DNA of 64,000 bases, taken from assembly GCA_963723785.1 (NCBI GenBank), contig CAVRSB010000019.1:8459-72458 (forward strand), given 5' to 3'. A program made the position numbers and the translations under genes. Under the pieces are notes generated by a model. It had not been told where the DNA came from, did no database searches, and saw only the letters and a program-made list of their open reading frames with translations. The stretch is from an uncultured Actinomycetes bacterium. Lineage in GTDB: Bacteria > Actinomycetota > Thermoleophilia > Gaiellales > JAICJC01. Below, one piece after another: positions 52,194-62,688 of this stretch. Each line of letters opens with the position of its first letter. The first letter of the stretch is position 1.

Positions 52194-53470
52194 GACGCCG
52201 CCGGCTCTCCCTCCTCCATTGCCGCAAGCTCCCGGTGGGCCGGGATGCCGCAGTAACGGCTTCCTTCGATCGCCTGGTTGGGACAGCGCTTGCCCGATGA
52301 CGTCACCGCGACGCAGCGGCCGGGGAACTCGTCCTCCTCGCCCTCCGCGCCGGTGTAGGGCGTGTCGCTCTCGTCGGAGTAGTAATCGGTCTCCGACACG
52401 ATGTCGATCCGCCAGCCGGTGAGCCGGTGGGCCAGTCGGGCATTGAGCCCTTCCTTGCCGATCGCGAGCGACAGCTGGTCGTCGGGCACCACCACGGTGG
52501 CCTGACGTCCGTCATCGTCGACGTAGACCTCACGCACCTTGGCCGGTGACAGCGCCTTGGCGACGAACCGGGCGGGCTCGTCGTTCCAGGGGATGATGTC
52601 GATCTTCTCTCCGCGGAGCTCCGACACCACCATGCGCACGCGCGATCCTCGTGGGCCTACGCAGGCACCGACAGGATCGACGCCCTGGACCTTGGACTCG
52701 ACAGCGATCTTTGCTCGGTAGCCCGGTTCCCGGGCAACCGCGCGGATGGTCACGAGATTGTCGGCGATCTCCGGCACCTCCAGCTCGAACAGCTGGCGGA
52801 TGAGATCGTCGGAGCGGCGTGACAGCACCACCTGAGGGCCCTTGCCTTCGCTTCTCACCTCGATGATCACGGCCTTGATCCGGCTGCCCTGCTCGTACCG
52901 TTCGCCCGGAACCTTCTCCGAGCCGGGCAGGATCGCCTCCATCCGGCCGAGATCGACGAACGCGTAGCGGGAGTCGTCCTGCTGGACGATGCCGGTCACG
53001 ATCTCGCCCACACGGTCGTGGTACTCGTCGTACATCATCGAGCGCTCGGCCTCGTTGATCCGCTGCTTCAACACCTGCTTGGCGGTCTGGCCCGCGATCC
53101 GGCTGAAGTTCGCCGGGGTCACGTCCACCATCACGTCGGGGCTGAAGAACGTCCACTCGATCTCTGGCTCTGGTTCGGCGTGCTCGTCGCCCTGGTGACC
53201 GTCGGTGGTGACCACGTCGGCGGGCGCCAGCGCGAACTCGCGGTGATGCGGATGGGCTTCGAGGTAGGCCTCCCAGGCGTCGGGCTGCACCGACCACACC
53301 GTGTAGTCGCCGGAATCGCGATCGATGTCGACGCGCACCGGGTGGCGGGCGTCGGGCATCTTGCGATACGCCGCCTGCAAGGCGTCCTCGATCGCGGGCA
53401 GCAGCGTGCCCGGCTCGATGCCCTTTTCCTTTTCCACCAACTTGACGCCCTCAAGAATCTCTTTGTTCAC
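52190..53470 (-). CDS. nusA: Transcription termination/antitermination factor NusA with a C-terminal Cys3His finger
   Basis: [13 protein letters not shown]1 domain, [42 protein letters not shown]; tail [27 protein letters not shown]. Confidence 0.97.
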   Translation of the reverse strand: MNKEILEGVKLVEKEKGIEPGTLLPAIEDALQAAYRKMPDARHPVRVDIDRDSGDYTVWSVQPDAWEAYLEAHPHHREFALAPADVVTTDGHQGDEHAEPEPEIEWTFFSPDVMVDVTPANFSRIAGQTAKQVLKQRINEAERSMMYDEYHDRVGEIVTGIVQQDDSRYAFVDLGRMEAILPGSEKVPGERYEQGSRIKAVIIEVRSEGKGPQVVLSRRSDDLIRQLFELEVPEIADNLVTIRAVAREPGYRAKIAVESKVQGVDPVGACVGPRGSRVRMVVSELRGEKIDIIPWNDEPARFVAKALSPAKVREVYVDDDGRQATVVVPDDQLSLAIGKEGLNARLAHRLTGWRIDIVSETDYYSDESDTPYTGAEGEEDEFPGRCVAVTSSGKRCPNQAIEGSRYCGIPAHRELAAMEEGEPAAS

Positions 53471-53919
53471 CGTCGACCTCCCACTGGGTCGAACACCAGG
53501 TGGCTTCGATCGATTTCGGTGTACGCGATGCGTACCGCCGCGCCGTCCTGGTCAAGCTCAATATGCGTGTCGTCAGCAGCCAGCAGGCGGCCCTTGAACC
53601 GGCGCCGGCCCTCCGTCGCCTCCACCAGTTCGATTGCAACCGTCTGACCCTGCACTCGCTGGAAGTGCGCCGGCCTGGTCAGTGGCCGGTCGAGCCCCGG
53701 TGACGAGACCTCGAGTGCGAACTTTTCGCGCACCGTGGCCAGTTCACGACTCACGCGCTGGCACAACTCGAGGTCGACCCCGCCCTGCTCGCGGTCGATG
53801 TACACCCGCACCACACCCGACGACGGGCCCTCTGTGTGCACGACTTCGACCTCCGGCATCTGAGCCGAGAGGGTTCGTTCGATCTCGCGCTGAAGCTGTT
53901 CTGCGCTGGTTGCTGCCAC
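53467..53919 (-). CDS. rimP: Ribosome maturation factor RimP
   Basis: RVYID..GGV.LE.C..VSR, LEVSSPGLDRPL, F.G.L. Confidence 0.93.
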   Translation of the reverse strand: MAATSAEQLQREIERTLSAQMPEVEVVHTEGPSSGVVRVYIDREQGGVDLELCQRVSRELATVREKFALEVSSPGLDRPLTRPAHFQRVQGQTVAIELVEATEGRRRFKGRLLAADDTHIELDQDGAAVRIAYTEIDRSHLVFDPVGGRR

Positions 53920-53945
53920 TACCCACCACCATCGAGTCGTGGGCG

Positions 53946-53973
53946 AAAAAAGAGGCGGGTTCACACCCACCTC
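53946..53973 (-). terminator. rimP-leader intrinsic terminator/attenuator
   Basis: GAGGUGGGU-GUGA-ACCCGCCUC-UUUUUU upstream of rimP, with a TAGAGT -10 at 54008-54013. Confidence 0.75.
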
Positions 53974-54049
53974 GTTCACCGCCTCGAAATCTTCTGACGA
54001 AACCCGTACTCTAGCAGGCGATGTATGGACACGACACCGGCCGAACCGC

Positions 54050-54505
54050 GTGCGCGCGCTGATTCAGCGGGTCACCAACGCCGCTGTGGATGCGGGCGGA
54101 GAACGGCTCGGGGCGATCGATTGCGGGCTGCTGGTGCTGGTCGCGGCCGGGCCCGAGCGACGGGCCCAAGGAGGCCGCCTGGATGGCCGGCAAGGTCGCC
54201 CGCCTGCGCGTGTTCTCCGATGCCGCCGGGAAGATGAACCTGGCGCTGGCCGACGTCGGCGGGTCGGTCTTGTGCGTGTCGCAGTTCACGCTCTACGGCG
54301 ATACCTCCCGGGGCAACCGGCCGAGCTTCATCGGCGCGGCCCCTCCCGACCTCGGAGAGCAGCTGGTGGACGCATTCGTGCGCGAGCTGCGGGCGCTGGG
54401 AGTCGACGGTGGAGATGCGGGCGGTTCGGCGCCGACATGCAGGTCACGCTGACCAACGACGGCCCGGTCACGATCTGGATCGACTCCGCCGCCCGGGGTG
54501 AATAA
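54050..54505 (+). CDS. dtd: D-aminoacyl-tRNA deacylase (frameshifted)
   Basis: [46 protein letters not shown]. Confidence 0.92.
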   Translation: MRALIQRVTNAAVDAGGERLGAIDCGLLVLVAAGPERRAQGGRLDGRQGRPPARVLRCRREDEPGAGRRRRVGLVRVAVHALRRYLPGQPAELHRRGPSRPRRAAGGRIRARAAGAGSRRWRCGRFGADMQVTLTNDGPVTIWIDSAARGE

Positions 54506-54530
54506 TTGGTGCCTGGCACCAATTATTCAC
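54498..54530. repeat. Perfect 33-bp palindrome GTGAATAATTGGTGCC-T-GGCACCAATTATTCAC between convergent genes
   Basis: 16-bp perfect arms; contains the TAA stops of both dtd (54503-54505) and the TPR gene (54523-54525). Confidence 0.88.
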
Positions 54531-54878
54531 TCAGCTTGTCGACGGCTTGTTGGTAGTAGTCGACAGAGGGCCGCAGCAACACCGCCAGCTTGTAGTGGCC
54601 CAGCGCGGTCGAGGTGTCACCCAGCCGCTCGAGGCAGCGGCCCAGGCAGTAGTGGGCATAGTCGTTGGCCGGCGCCGACTCGAGGATGAACTCGAACTCG
54701 GCGGCGGCCTCGTGGTAGCGGCGGATGCGAATGTAGGCAACTCCCAGGGCCTCGCGGATCGAGGCCTTGTCGGGCTCACGTCGCCGGGCCTTCTCCAGCG
54801 GCACGGTGGCCTGCGCCGGATGGCCGTCCGAGAGGAGTTGACGACCTTGCTGAAACAGCTCGTAGGTGTCGCTCCAAC
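54523..54878 (-). CDS. Tetratricopeptide repeat protein (start uncertain)
   Basis: SDTYELFQQGRQLL..GHPAQA...LEKA...EPD.ASIREALG.AY, P.NDYAHY.LGR.L. Confidence 0.82.
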
Positions 54879-54880
54879 GG

Positions 54881-57198
54881 CTAGTCCAGGCTTGTGATCT
54901 GGGCGAGTGCGGAGCGCAGCCGCAAGGCGCCGGTGAACCGGTCGCGCAGTGACAGCTGCTTGCGGATCCGGCGCTTGATCGCCCGCAGCTCCCCGCGCAG
55001 CTCCCGGCCGGCCGGCTCGGCCTCCCGCACAGGTGCGTAGCGGGCACGGCTGGCATTGGCGGCAAACTCCGAGGCATCCACCCCGAACACGTTCTTGATC
55101 TCACCCGAGAGATCCTCGAACGTGCGCTCGGGCGAGTCCTTGATGCCCTGGTCGCCGACGAAGGTCGCCAGATCGCGGTAGGCGGCCGCAGCCTGCGCCC
55201 GCGGACCGCGGCGCAGATACCGCCAGCGCACCGCGCCGAACTTGACCAGCGCCATCAGCACGATCACCGCGAGTGCCAGTGCCGCCGCTGCGGTGATGAA
55301 GCCGAAACTGTGCCCCGAGGAGGTCGTCACCGTGCCCTTGCCGGCCGAACCTCCGGAGTCTTGGTGACCGGCACGGTGGGTTTCAGTTTGCCGGTGGTCG
55401 CCACGCCGTTCTTCAGGATCGCCTTGGGAAGCGGCGTCAAGTGCGACCTCCGGGGCCTGCCGTTCCCGCCTTCTGCAGCGCCGCCAGGAACCTTGCGTTG
55501 GAGCTGGAAGCACCGTCCGGCAGGTGCCGGGTGGGTGTGGGCTCGAACGGCTGCCATCCATAGCCGGGGAAATACACCTCGACCCACGAGTGGGCGTTAC
55601 GATCGGTGATCACGTAGGGGTCGGTGACGCCGGGGCCCTTGACCCCGGTGGTGAAGCCGACTGGGACGCGCACGGGGATGCCATGCAGGCGGAGCACCAG
55701 CGCCATCGCGCCGGAGAACATCTGGCAGTAGCCGTGATACCCCGTCAGCATGAACTGCGCCAGCACCGGCGATTTGTCCGAGAACTTGGGGTCGAGGTCA
55801 TACACGAACGGCTTGGCTCGGAAGTACGCCTCAACATCGAACGCAGCCGACCACACGTTGGTCTCGGTGTCGGCCTGGGAGCGCGTCCACACCTGATTGG
55901 CAGCCTTGATCAGCGCCGGGTCGATCCCCGCGTTGGCATCGGCTCCCGGGCTCTGCGGCCACGGATCCATCACGCGCCCGCTGATGGAGAGATCGCGCTG
56001 AATCAGCCGCGGGTAGGCGGTGCCGGCGTCCTGCAGCGCCTTGCGCGACGGGTTGGAGACGTACACCAGCGACGAGTAGGTCGTGTTTCTGGCCAGGTCG
56101 TGATCGGCCTCGGCGGTGGTATCGGTGTTGAGCGTGAACGGCGTGTCCGCCGGCCCCGACCACTGCAGCGGCTGGGTGGCGCTGACCAGATGGCTGTCGG
56201 CCAACGCCAGCACCTTCACGCGCACCGCCATGCTGTGATGACCGGGATCCTGGGTGGCTTTCAGCGGCAGCGCAGCCGGCGGCACCGCGGCCGTTCCGTC
56301 GTGGACAGACGCAACCCCCTGGGTAATCGGATAGGAGCTCTCGATCCAGGCGCCATGGCTGAACGTCTCCAGCGTGGCGACCTTCCAGTACGTCGGATGC
56401 GCGGCCCAGACGTTCAGCACAGCCGTCGGCTTGCCTCGCCAGTGGAGAGGCTTGTAGGTCTGATTCCAGACGTAGCTGAGATCCCGCGGCGGCGCCGACG
56501 AGGCCAGCGGATCCCATGTATGCCAGCTCATGAACGCTGCCTTGTTGACCCCGGGCAGCGCCGAGACGATCAGGCCGAGTACGACCACCGCGGTGCCCAC
56601 CGCCCAGGCTTGGCTCGACCCACCGCCGCTCAGCGGTCGCCGCGGCACCAGTCGCAGCGTGATCAGTGCTGCGGCCAGGAACCAGGCCGCCCGCACCAGC
56701 GAGTGCTCCAGGTTGAGCACCGTGGAGGGAAACGCGAACAGCACCAGCGCAAGCGCGATCGAGATCAGTGTCAGCCGGCGCAGCACCACCGTCCAGGCGA
56801 GCGTGGCCACCAGTGCCATGAACAGCAGCCGGGCGTCACTGTCGACCGCGCGGAACCGCCCGTAATCGAACGGCGTGGTTGCGTTGAACCAGTCGTGGGC
56901 GCCGTGGTTGATCCAGATCACAACCGCCGCCGGGTAGCGGTGGGGGCCGGAATCGCCGGGCCAGAGACTGGTCGTCACGCCGACTGCCGCGACCAGACAG
57001 ACCGCCAGCGTGAGCAGCCCCGCCAGCCGACCGAACAGCTGCGCAACCACCGTCGGGGCGACGGCGATGGCGATCATTGCCAGCATCTTCGAGCAGCGGA
57101 ATCTGCGGCGTCTCGATCCGCGCCCAGTGCCACGCCCCCACCGATACCAGTGCGGCCAGCGCGAGCCACGGGCCGTATGCCGGAGTCCGGTCACGCAT
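54881..57198 (-). CDS. Transglutaminase-like (TgpA) membrane protein (frameshifted)
   Basis: Multi-TM N-terminus; GYCQMFS, GIP.R.PVGF, HSWVEVYFPGYGW..FEPTP (Cys-His-Glu); DUF4129-like tail. Confidence 0.9.
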
Positions 57199-58418
57199 GC
57201 GCGACCGCCCGCTGGTGCGATGCGGAGAGTGCCTGGCCGAGATCGTCGCCCGCGCGGACGCGGATCACCGCCACCCCGGACGAGCTCAGCCGCAGTGCCG
57301 CCGACTCGGCCGATGTGACCATGCCCCCGGCGCCGAACGTGGCCGCATCGACCCACACCACCGCCACGTCGCGCCGCGCCCCGGCGAGCTGCAGCAGCCG
57401 CTCCGCCAAGGCCGGTGACATCACCGACGTGACCACGTACACGCGGGCAGCGTCCACCGCGTCGCCCCCGCTGATGGCGTCTCCCAGGGTGACGTGCATC
57501 GGCCGGGTGGCGCTGGCCGTGACCACGGCCAGCGCCGCCATGGCGGTGCCGAGGTCGTCAGATCCCGTGCCCAGCCGTGACTCTCAATCTGTCGCTGCCC
57601 TGGATCACCAGGGAGCAGCGCTGACCGCCCTCGGCCAGCCGGTTCAGCACCGATGCGGCGGCCCGCACCTGGACGTCGAAGCTGGTGTTGCCACGCGGGC
57701 CGACCTGGCCGGACGCGTCGGCGTCGAGCAGCACCGCCGCCTCGTCGCGGGGAGAGTCCTCGAGCTCCTTGACCATCAGCCTGCGGCGACGCGCGGTCGA
57801 CCGCCAGTGCACTCGTCGCAGGCTTTCGCCGTGCTGATAGTCACGGATCGAGTGCAGGTCATAGCCAGATGTCCGGTGCAGCAGCATCCGGGCGGCATCT
57901 CCCCCACCCGCACCGGCGTCGGTAAACAGGCTGTCGAGTTGGTACACGCGGGGATACACCAGCACTGCGTCGGTGCGGTCGACGGGAATCGCCGCGCGTG
58001 CCAGGCCGAACGGGTCGGACAACACCAGCTGTGCCTTGTGCAGCCGGTAGCGACCGCGCGGCGCGGCCTCCAGCCGGTGGTTGCCGCGCAGCCGGTGGCC
58101 GACGCGCACCAGCTCCGCGGTCAGTTCGAGATCATCGCCGAGATGGTCGATCAGCGTTGCCCGGGCCGGTAGCGGGCCGGCTTCGGGGCGGACCTCCAGG
58201 CCGATCACCACGGTCGTGCCCTCGACCAACTCATGCTGCGCAAGCGTGCGCCGCATACGCACGGGGCGGGTGAACGTGCGCACCCACACCATTGCCACCA
58301 GCGGCGCCACCATCAACCCGACCGCGATCGGGAACATCACGTCCGTACCAAACCCCCAGGCGGCGAAGTACAGCCCGATGGCCGCCACCAGGGTGCGCTT
58401 GCCGGTGCGGGTCAGCAC
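57191..58418 (-). CDS. DUF58 domain protein (frameshift near 57555)
   Basis: RGRY, DPFGL, VYP, SIRDY.HGE.LRRVHWRSTAR...LMVKE.E. Confidence 0.9.
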
Positions 58419-58428
58419 AGCGAGATGC

Positions 58429-59407
58429 TCATACCGGCACCGGTGTACGGTCGACGGCTTCCAAGATGATGTCGGCCGACACCACCCCGGCGGTGCGCGA
58501 CTCGGCCGCCAGAATCACACGGTGGGAGAGCACGTCCACGGCCACATCCTTGACGTCAGAGGGGATCACGTAGTCGCGTCCCCGCAGCGCGGCGTAGGCC
58601 TTCGCCACCCGCAGCAGCGAGATGCCGGCGCGCGGGCTGGCGCCCAGCGCGAGCCGGGCGTCGCCGCGGGTGTGGCGCAGGATGGCGACCACGTAGCGGT
58701 GCAGGCTGTCCTCCACGAAGACATCCTTGACGGCGGCGATGGCGGCTTCGATCTCGGGGGCGGTGGTGACCGCCTCCAGCGCCTCCAACGGCTCACCGGC
58801 AGCGTGCTCCGAGAGCATCGTGGCCTCCTCCGAGGGGCCGGGATACCCGAGCGTCAGGAGCATGGTGAAGCGGTCGAGCTGGGCTTCCGGCAGCGGGAAG
58901 GTGCCCTCGTACTCGATCGGGTTCTGGGTCGCGATCACCATGAACGGACGCGCCAGCGGATGGGTGTGGCCGTCGACCGTCACCTGCGCCTCCTGCATGC
59001 ACTCCAGAGAGCGCCGACTGGGTCTTGGGCGAGGCGCGGTTGATCTCGTCGACCAGCACCAGGTTCGCGAACACCGGGCCGGGCTTGAACTCGAACTCAT
59101 CGCCCTGGAGGTTGAACACGCTCACGCCGGTGATGTCCGACGGCAGCAGATCGGGCGTGGCCTGGACGCGGGCAAACTCGCAGTCGAGCGAGCGGGCGAT
59201 CGACTTGGCCAGCATCGTCTTGCCGACCCCCGGGAAGTCTTCGATGATGATGTGGCCCTCGCATAGCAGCGCCAGCACGCATCGTTCCAGCAGCGCTGCG
59301 GGAGCGTGGATGACCTGCGAGACGTTCTCGATCACGCGCCGAGCTGTCTCGCCGGCGGCTGTGATCGCCGCCGCCGAGCCCTCGCGATTGACTTCCGGTG
59401 CATCCAC
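58429..59407 (-). CDS. MoxR family AAA+ ATPase (frameshift near 59007)
   Basis: GH...ED.PGVGKT, TPDLLPSDITG, DEINRASPKTQSAL, ATQNPIE.EGT.PLPEAQLDRF, GASPRA. Confidence 0.95.
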
Positions 59408-59436
59408 GATTCGTCCTTCCTGGAAGGTGTCGTCGG

Positions 59437-60621
59437 TTATACGGCTGCACCCGTGCTTCTGGATCGCACGAGCGCATCCCAGATTGCACAAGCACATGCC
59501 TGCTTCGAGCGCCGGCTGACATGCTGCTCGCCGTCGGCGGTGACCAGTGTGACCTCGTTGGTGTCCACGTCAAAGCCGATGTCGCTGCGGCTGACGTCGT
59601 TCATGACGATCATGTCGGCGCCCTTGCGGTCGAGCTTGGCGCGCGCCCGATCCGCCCCTCCGGGGCCGTGTTCGGCCGCGAACCCGATCACCAATTGACC
59701 AGGCCGGCGGGCCTCGCCCAGCCGCGCCAGGATGTCGGTGGTGGGTTCCAGCTCGACCGTCCACCGCTCCCCGTCCTTGGTGCGTTTCCCGTCCGCCGGA
59801 GCCACCAGCCGGTAGTCAGCCACGGCTGCGGCCATCACCACGATATCGGCCGACGCCGCCTCGGCGAGTGTCGTTTGCTCCAGTTCTGCCGCCGACTCGG
59901 CGTGCAGCAGGCGCATCGGTGCTGCTGGTGTAACCGCACCGCCGCTGCGGATCAGCGTGACGTCCGCACCGCGGCGGGCAGCCTCATCCGCGACCGCCGC
60001 GCCCATCCGCCCGCTGGAGCGGTTGCCCAGGTAGCGAACCGCATCGAGCGCCTCGCGCGTGCCGCCGGCGGTGACCAGCACCCGCACGCCGGAAAGACTC
60101 GAACCTGCCTCCAGCCGGTTCTGTACCGCCATCGCGATCCGGTCGGGCTCGGCCATGCGGCCGACTCCGATCTCGCCCTCGGCGGTATCTCCATGCTCTG
60201 GCCCGACGAACTCCACCCCACGCTGCATCAGCGTCGTGAGATTCTGCTGGGTGGCGTCCGCCGTCCACATTCGCGGGTTCATTGCGGGGGCTGCCACCAC
60301 CGCACCCGGGAAGGCGAGCGCGGTCGCGGCGAGGACGTTGGAGGCCTCGCCGTGGGCGAGCCGGGCCATTGTGGTGGCCGTCAGCGGGGCGATGCAGAGC
60401 AGCTCGGCCTCGGCGGACGCGTCCAGATGCGGGAACACCGCGTCGGCGTCATCCGTCAGCACCGGCCGCCGAGACAGGGCCGCAAACGTGGTCGGTCCGA
60501 CGAACCGCCGCGATTCCGGCGTCTGAATCACCTGCACCTCGTGACCGGCCCCCACCAGTAGCCGCACCAGCTCACAGGTCTTATAGGCCGCGATGCCGCC
60601 GCACACCCCCACGATGATCAT
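59437..60621 (-). CDS. coaBC: Phosphopantothenoylcysteine decarboxylase/synthase CoaBC
   Basis: GGIAAYK, APAMN..MW, G.GRM.EP, TAGGTRE.LD.VRY.GN.SSG.MG, AAAVADY, GFAAE. Confidence 0.95.
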   Translation of the reverse strand: MIIVGVCGGIAAYKTCELVRLLVGAGHEVQVIQTPESRRFVGPTTFAALSRRPVLTDDADAVFPHLDASAEAELLCIAPLTATTMARLAHGEASNVLAATALAFPGAVVAAPAMNPRMWTADATQQNLTTLMQRGVEFVGPEHGDTAEGEIGVGRMAEPDRIAMAVQNRLEAGSSLSGVRVLVTAGGTREALDAVRYLGNRSSGRMGAAVADEAARRGADVTLIRSGGAVTPAAPMRLLHAESAAELEQTTLAEAASADIVVMAAAVADYRLVAPADGKRTKDGERWTVELEPTTDILARLGEARRPGQLVIGFAAEHGPGGADRARAKLDRKGADMIVMNDVSRSDIGFDVDTNEVTLVTADGEQHVSRRSKQACACAIWDALVRSRSTGAAV

Positions 60622-60696
60622 GCACGTAGTGTGCATCAACCCGCCGCCCGGCGCGAGTCAGATCACAGGGTGCGCCGGCTGCGCTAGCGTGCGCCG

Positions 60697-61458
60697 ATGC
60701 TGATCGCCCAGCTCACCGACCTGCACATCGCCGACGGCCCTCAGGGCGAGCTGGCGGCTTGGGGAGCAGCCCGCGCGGTCGAACGGGTAAACGCGCTGCG
60801 GCCGGCGCCGGCGGCGGTGGTGATCACGGGCGATGTTACGGATGACGGCTCTCCGGAGTCCTACCGGCTGGCGGCGGCCATCCTGGCCGAGCTAACCGCG
60901 CCGGTGTACGTGATCCCCGGAAATCATGACGACCGCGCGGGTCTGCGCACCGCCTTCGGCGCAAACGGCGGCGGGATCTACTGCCAGCAGGTGGTCGACC
61001 TGGGAGCGGTGGCCGTGGTGATGTGTGACTCGGTGCTTCTGGGCACCGACGCCGGAGCACTTGACGACGGCCGGCTGGAGTGGATCGACGAGCGGCTGAC
61101 AGAGCTCGGCCAGACTCCCACCGTGGTTGCGATCCACCATCCCCCGATCGTGACCGGAATCGCGCTGATGGACGAGATCGGCCTGGCGGATATCCCCAGC
61201 TTTGCTGAGATGGTGGCGCGACATGCGCACGTGCGTGGCGTGATCGCCGGCCATGTCCACAGGAGCATCACCGGACGGGTGGCCCACGTGCCGGTGGTGG
61301 TGTGTCCCAGCACGCTGGCACAGCTACGGCTGGATCTCAACGGCCGCGACACGCTGGCGTTCGTGGACGAGCCGCAGGCGATCGCGATTCATCGCATCGA
61401 CGCCGACGGCGGGCTGGTGTCCCACACCCAGCCGACCGCGCCCTCACACGTGATCTAG
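60697..61458 (+). CDS. Calcineurin-like metallophosphoesterase (CpdA/GpdQ-like phosphodiesterase)
   Basis: TDLH, TGD, PGNHD, HHPP, GHVH. Confidence 0.9.
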   Translation: MLIAQLTDLHIADGPQGELAAWGAARAVERVNALRPAPAAVVITGDVTDDGSPESYRLAAAILAELTAPVYVIPGNHDDRAGLRTAFGANGGGIYCQQVVDLGAVAVVMCDSVLLGTDAGALDDGRLEWIDERLTELGQTPTVVAIHHPPIVTGIALMDEIGLADIPSFAEMVARHAHVRGVIAGHVHRSITGRVAHVPVVVCPSTLAQLRLDLNGRDTLAFVDEPQAIAIHRIDADGGLVSHTQPTAPSHVI

Positions 61459-61688
61459 ATCTGGGACTTGCCGACGATCAGCTTGCCCTCGGCGATCTCC
61501 TCGAGTGCCATCGTCAGGAAGTTCTTGGAGCGCGACTCGACCAGCGGCGGCGGGAAGTTCTCGAAGCTGCCTTCGCCCAGCTGGTGGTGGTAGTCATTGA
61601 TCTGGCGGGTGCGCTTGGCCGCGGCGATCACGAGCGCATACTTCGAGTCGGCGTGCTCGAGCAGGGTGTCAATCTTGGGGTAGATCAT
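61455..61688 (-). CDS. rpoZ: RNA polymerase omega subunit
   Basis: ID.LL...DSKYALVI.AAKR.RQINDY, ALEEI..G. Confidence 0.93.
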   Translation of the reverse strand: MIYPKIDTLLEHADSKYALVIAAAKRTRQINDYHHQLGEGSFENFPPPLVESRSKNFLTMALEEIAEGKLIVGKSQI

Positions 61689-62263
61689 GTGTGGGGCTCC
61701 TCGGTTGCAATCTCTGTCCGCATGATGGAGGCAAGCTCCTGTGCGGCGGTGTCAGCGTCGCTGTTCACGATCACGTGGTCGAACATCGGTTGTGATTCAA
61801 GTTCGTGCCGCGCGATCTCAAGCCTTGATCGGATCGTCTCCGGCGAGTCGGTGTTGCGACCGGCCAGACGGCGTTCGAGCTCCTCCATGCTCGGCGGTGC
61901 AACAAAGACGGTGACCGCGTCCGGCATCTGGCGTTTGATCTCCCGCGCGCCCACGACCTCGATCTCGAGCACAACGCTCTGACCGTTCGCGAGACGCCGT
62001 TCGACCTCGCTGCGCAGCGTGCCATAACGGTTCCCCACGTAGGTTACATGCTCGAGGAACTCACCCGCGTCGACCCGGGCCTGAAACTCGGAGTCGGACA
62101 GGAAGTGGTACTCCACTCCATCGCGTTCCGACGCTCGCCGACGGCGCGTGGTGGCGGAGGTGGCCACGGCGAGCTCGGGCAGCTGCTGGAGCGCCCGTGA
62201 GATCAGCGTGCCCTTGCCGACGCCGGACGGGCCGGCGATCACGAACAGCCGAGAACTCACCAT
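61685..62263 (-). CDS. gmk: Guanylate kinase
   Basis: GPSGVGKGT, SATTR, E.DGVEYHF, YGT, PPS.EEL..RL..R.TD. Confidence 0.97.
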   Translation of the reverse strand: MVSSRLFVIAGPSGVGKGTLISRALQQLPELAVATSATTRRRRASERDGVEYHFLSDSEFQARVDAGEFLEHVTYVGNRYGTLRSEVERRLANGQSVVLEIEVVGAREIKRQMPDAVTVFVAPPSMEELERRLAGRNTDSPETIRSRLEIARHELESQPMFDHVIVNSDADTAAQELASIMRTEIATEEPHT

Positions 62264-62279
62264 CCCACCGCGACGTCGG

Positions 62280-62611
62280 TCAGTTCTGCTGGAACATGTC
62301 CAGCAGCTCGGTGCGCTGACGCTCCGAGAGACCGCCCACGGTCTTTGACTGGCTGATGCGGCATTGCGTCAGCAGACGACCGACTTTGACCCGGCCCAGT
62401 CGGGGCACCGCGACCAGCATGTCGTACACCTTGGCGGTCAGCACGTAGTCGGGTGGATCTGCGATCACTTGCTCGATGCGGATGCGGCGTTCCTTGAGAT
62501 CGCGCTTCGAAATTGTGCGCGGGCAACGCGGATCTCGTTGGCCCGGGTGAGTGCCTCCATCCGTTGATCGAGCGAGCGGGAGGGGGCCTGGGTCAGAGTT
62601 TCGAGCATCAT
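62280..62611 (-). CDS. mihF: Actinobacterial integration host factor (mIHF; frameshift near 62510)
   Basis: QRMEALTRANEIRVARA / KRDLK...AKV..ML.AVP.LGRVK...L..CRIS.SKTVGGLS.RQR; conserved position upstream of gmk. Confidence 0.85.
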
Positions 62612-62622
62612 GGTGAAGAGCG

Positions 62623-62650
62623 ATTATACAGCGCTTCGCGCCCCGTGCAA
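62623..62650 (-). promoter_or_regulatory. Promoter TTGCAC-N16-TATAAT for mIHF-gmk-rpoZ
   Basis: Consensus -10 at 62623-62628 and -35 at 62645-62650. Confidence 0.65.
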
Positions 62651-62688
62651 CCGGGTGCAAACGGCTTGAATACGCCAAATCTCGGTTG

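Noticed and set aside
55524-58172. Long plus-strand ORFs (882 aa here; also 4521..6263, 8703..10655, 30665..32263, 42409..43938)
   Set aside because: Antisense shadows of real genes, caused by stop-codon scarcity at high GC; no recognisable motifs.
54881-59407. MoxR-DUF58-transglutaminase cluster as a novel system
   Set aside because: A widespread, already described gene triad; nothing unusual beyond the frameshifts.
4116-62611. Mass pseudogenisation or programmed frameshifting (miaA, cinA, ftsK, dapA, dapB, dtd, moxR, mIHF and others)
   Set aside because: The breaks hit essential genes at unrelated sites with no shared slippery motif and no in-frame nonsense decay; best explained as uncorrected long-read errors. 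Read data would settle it.
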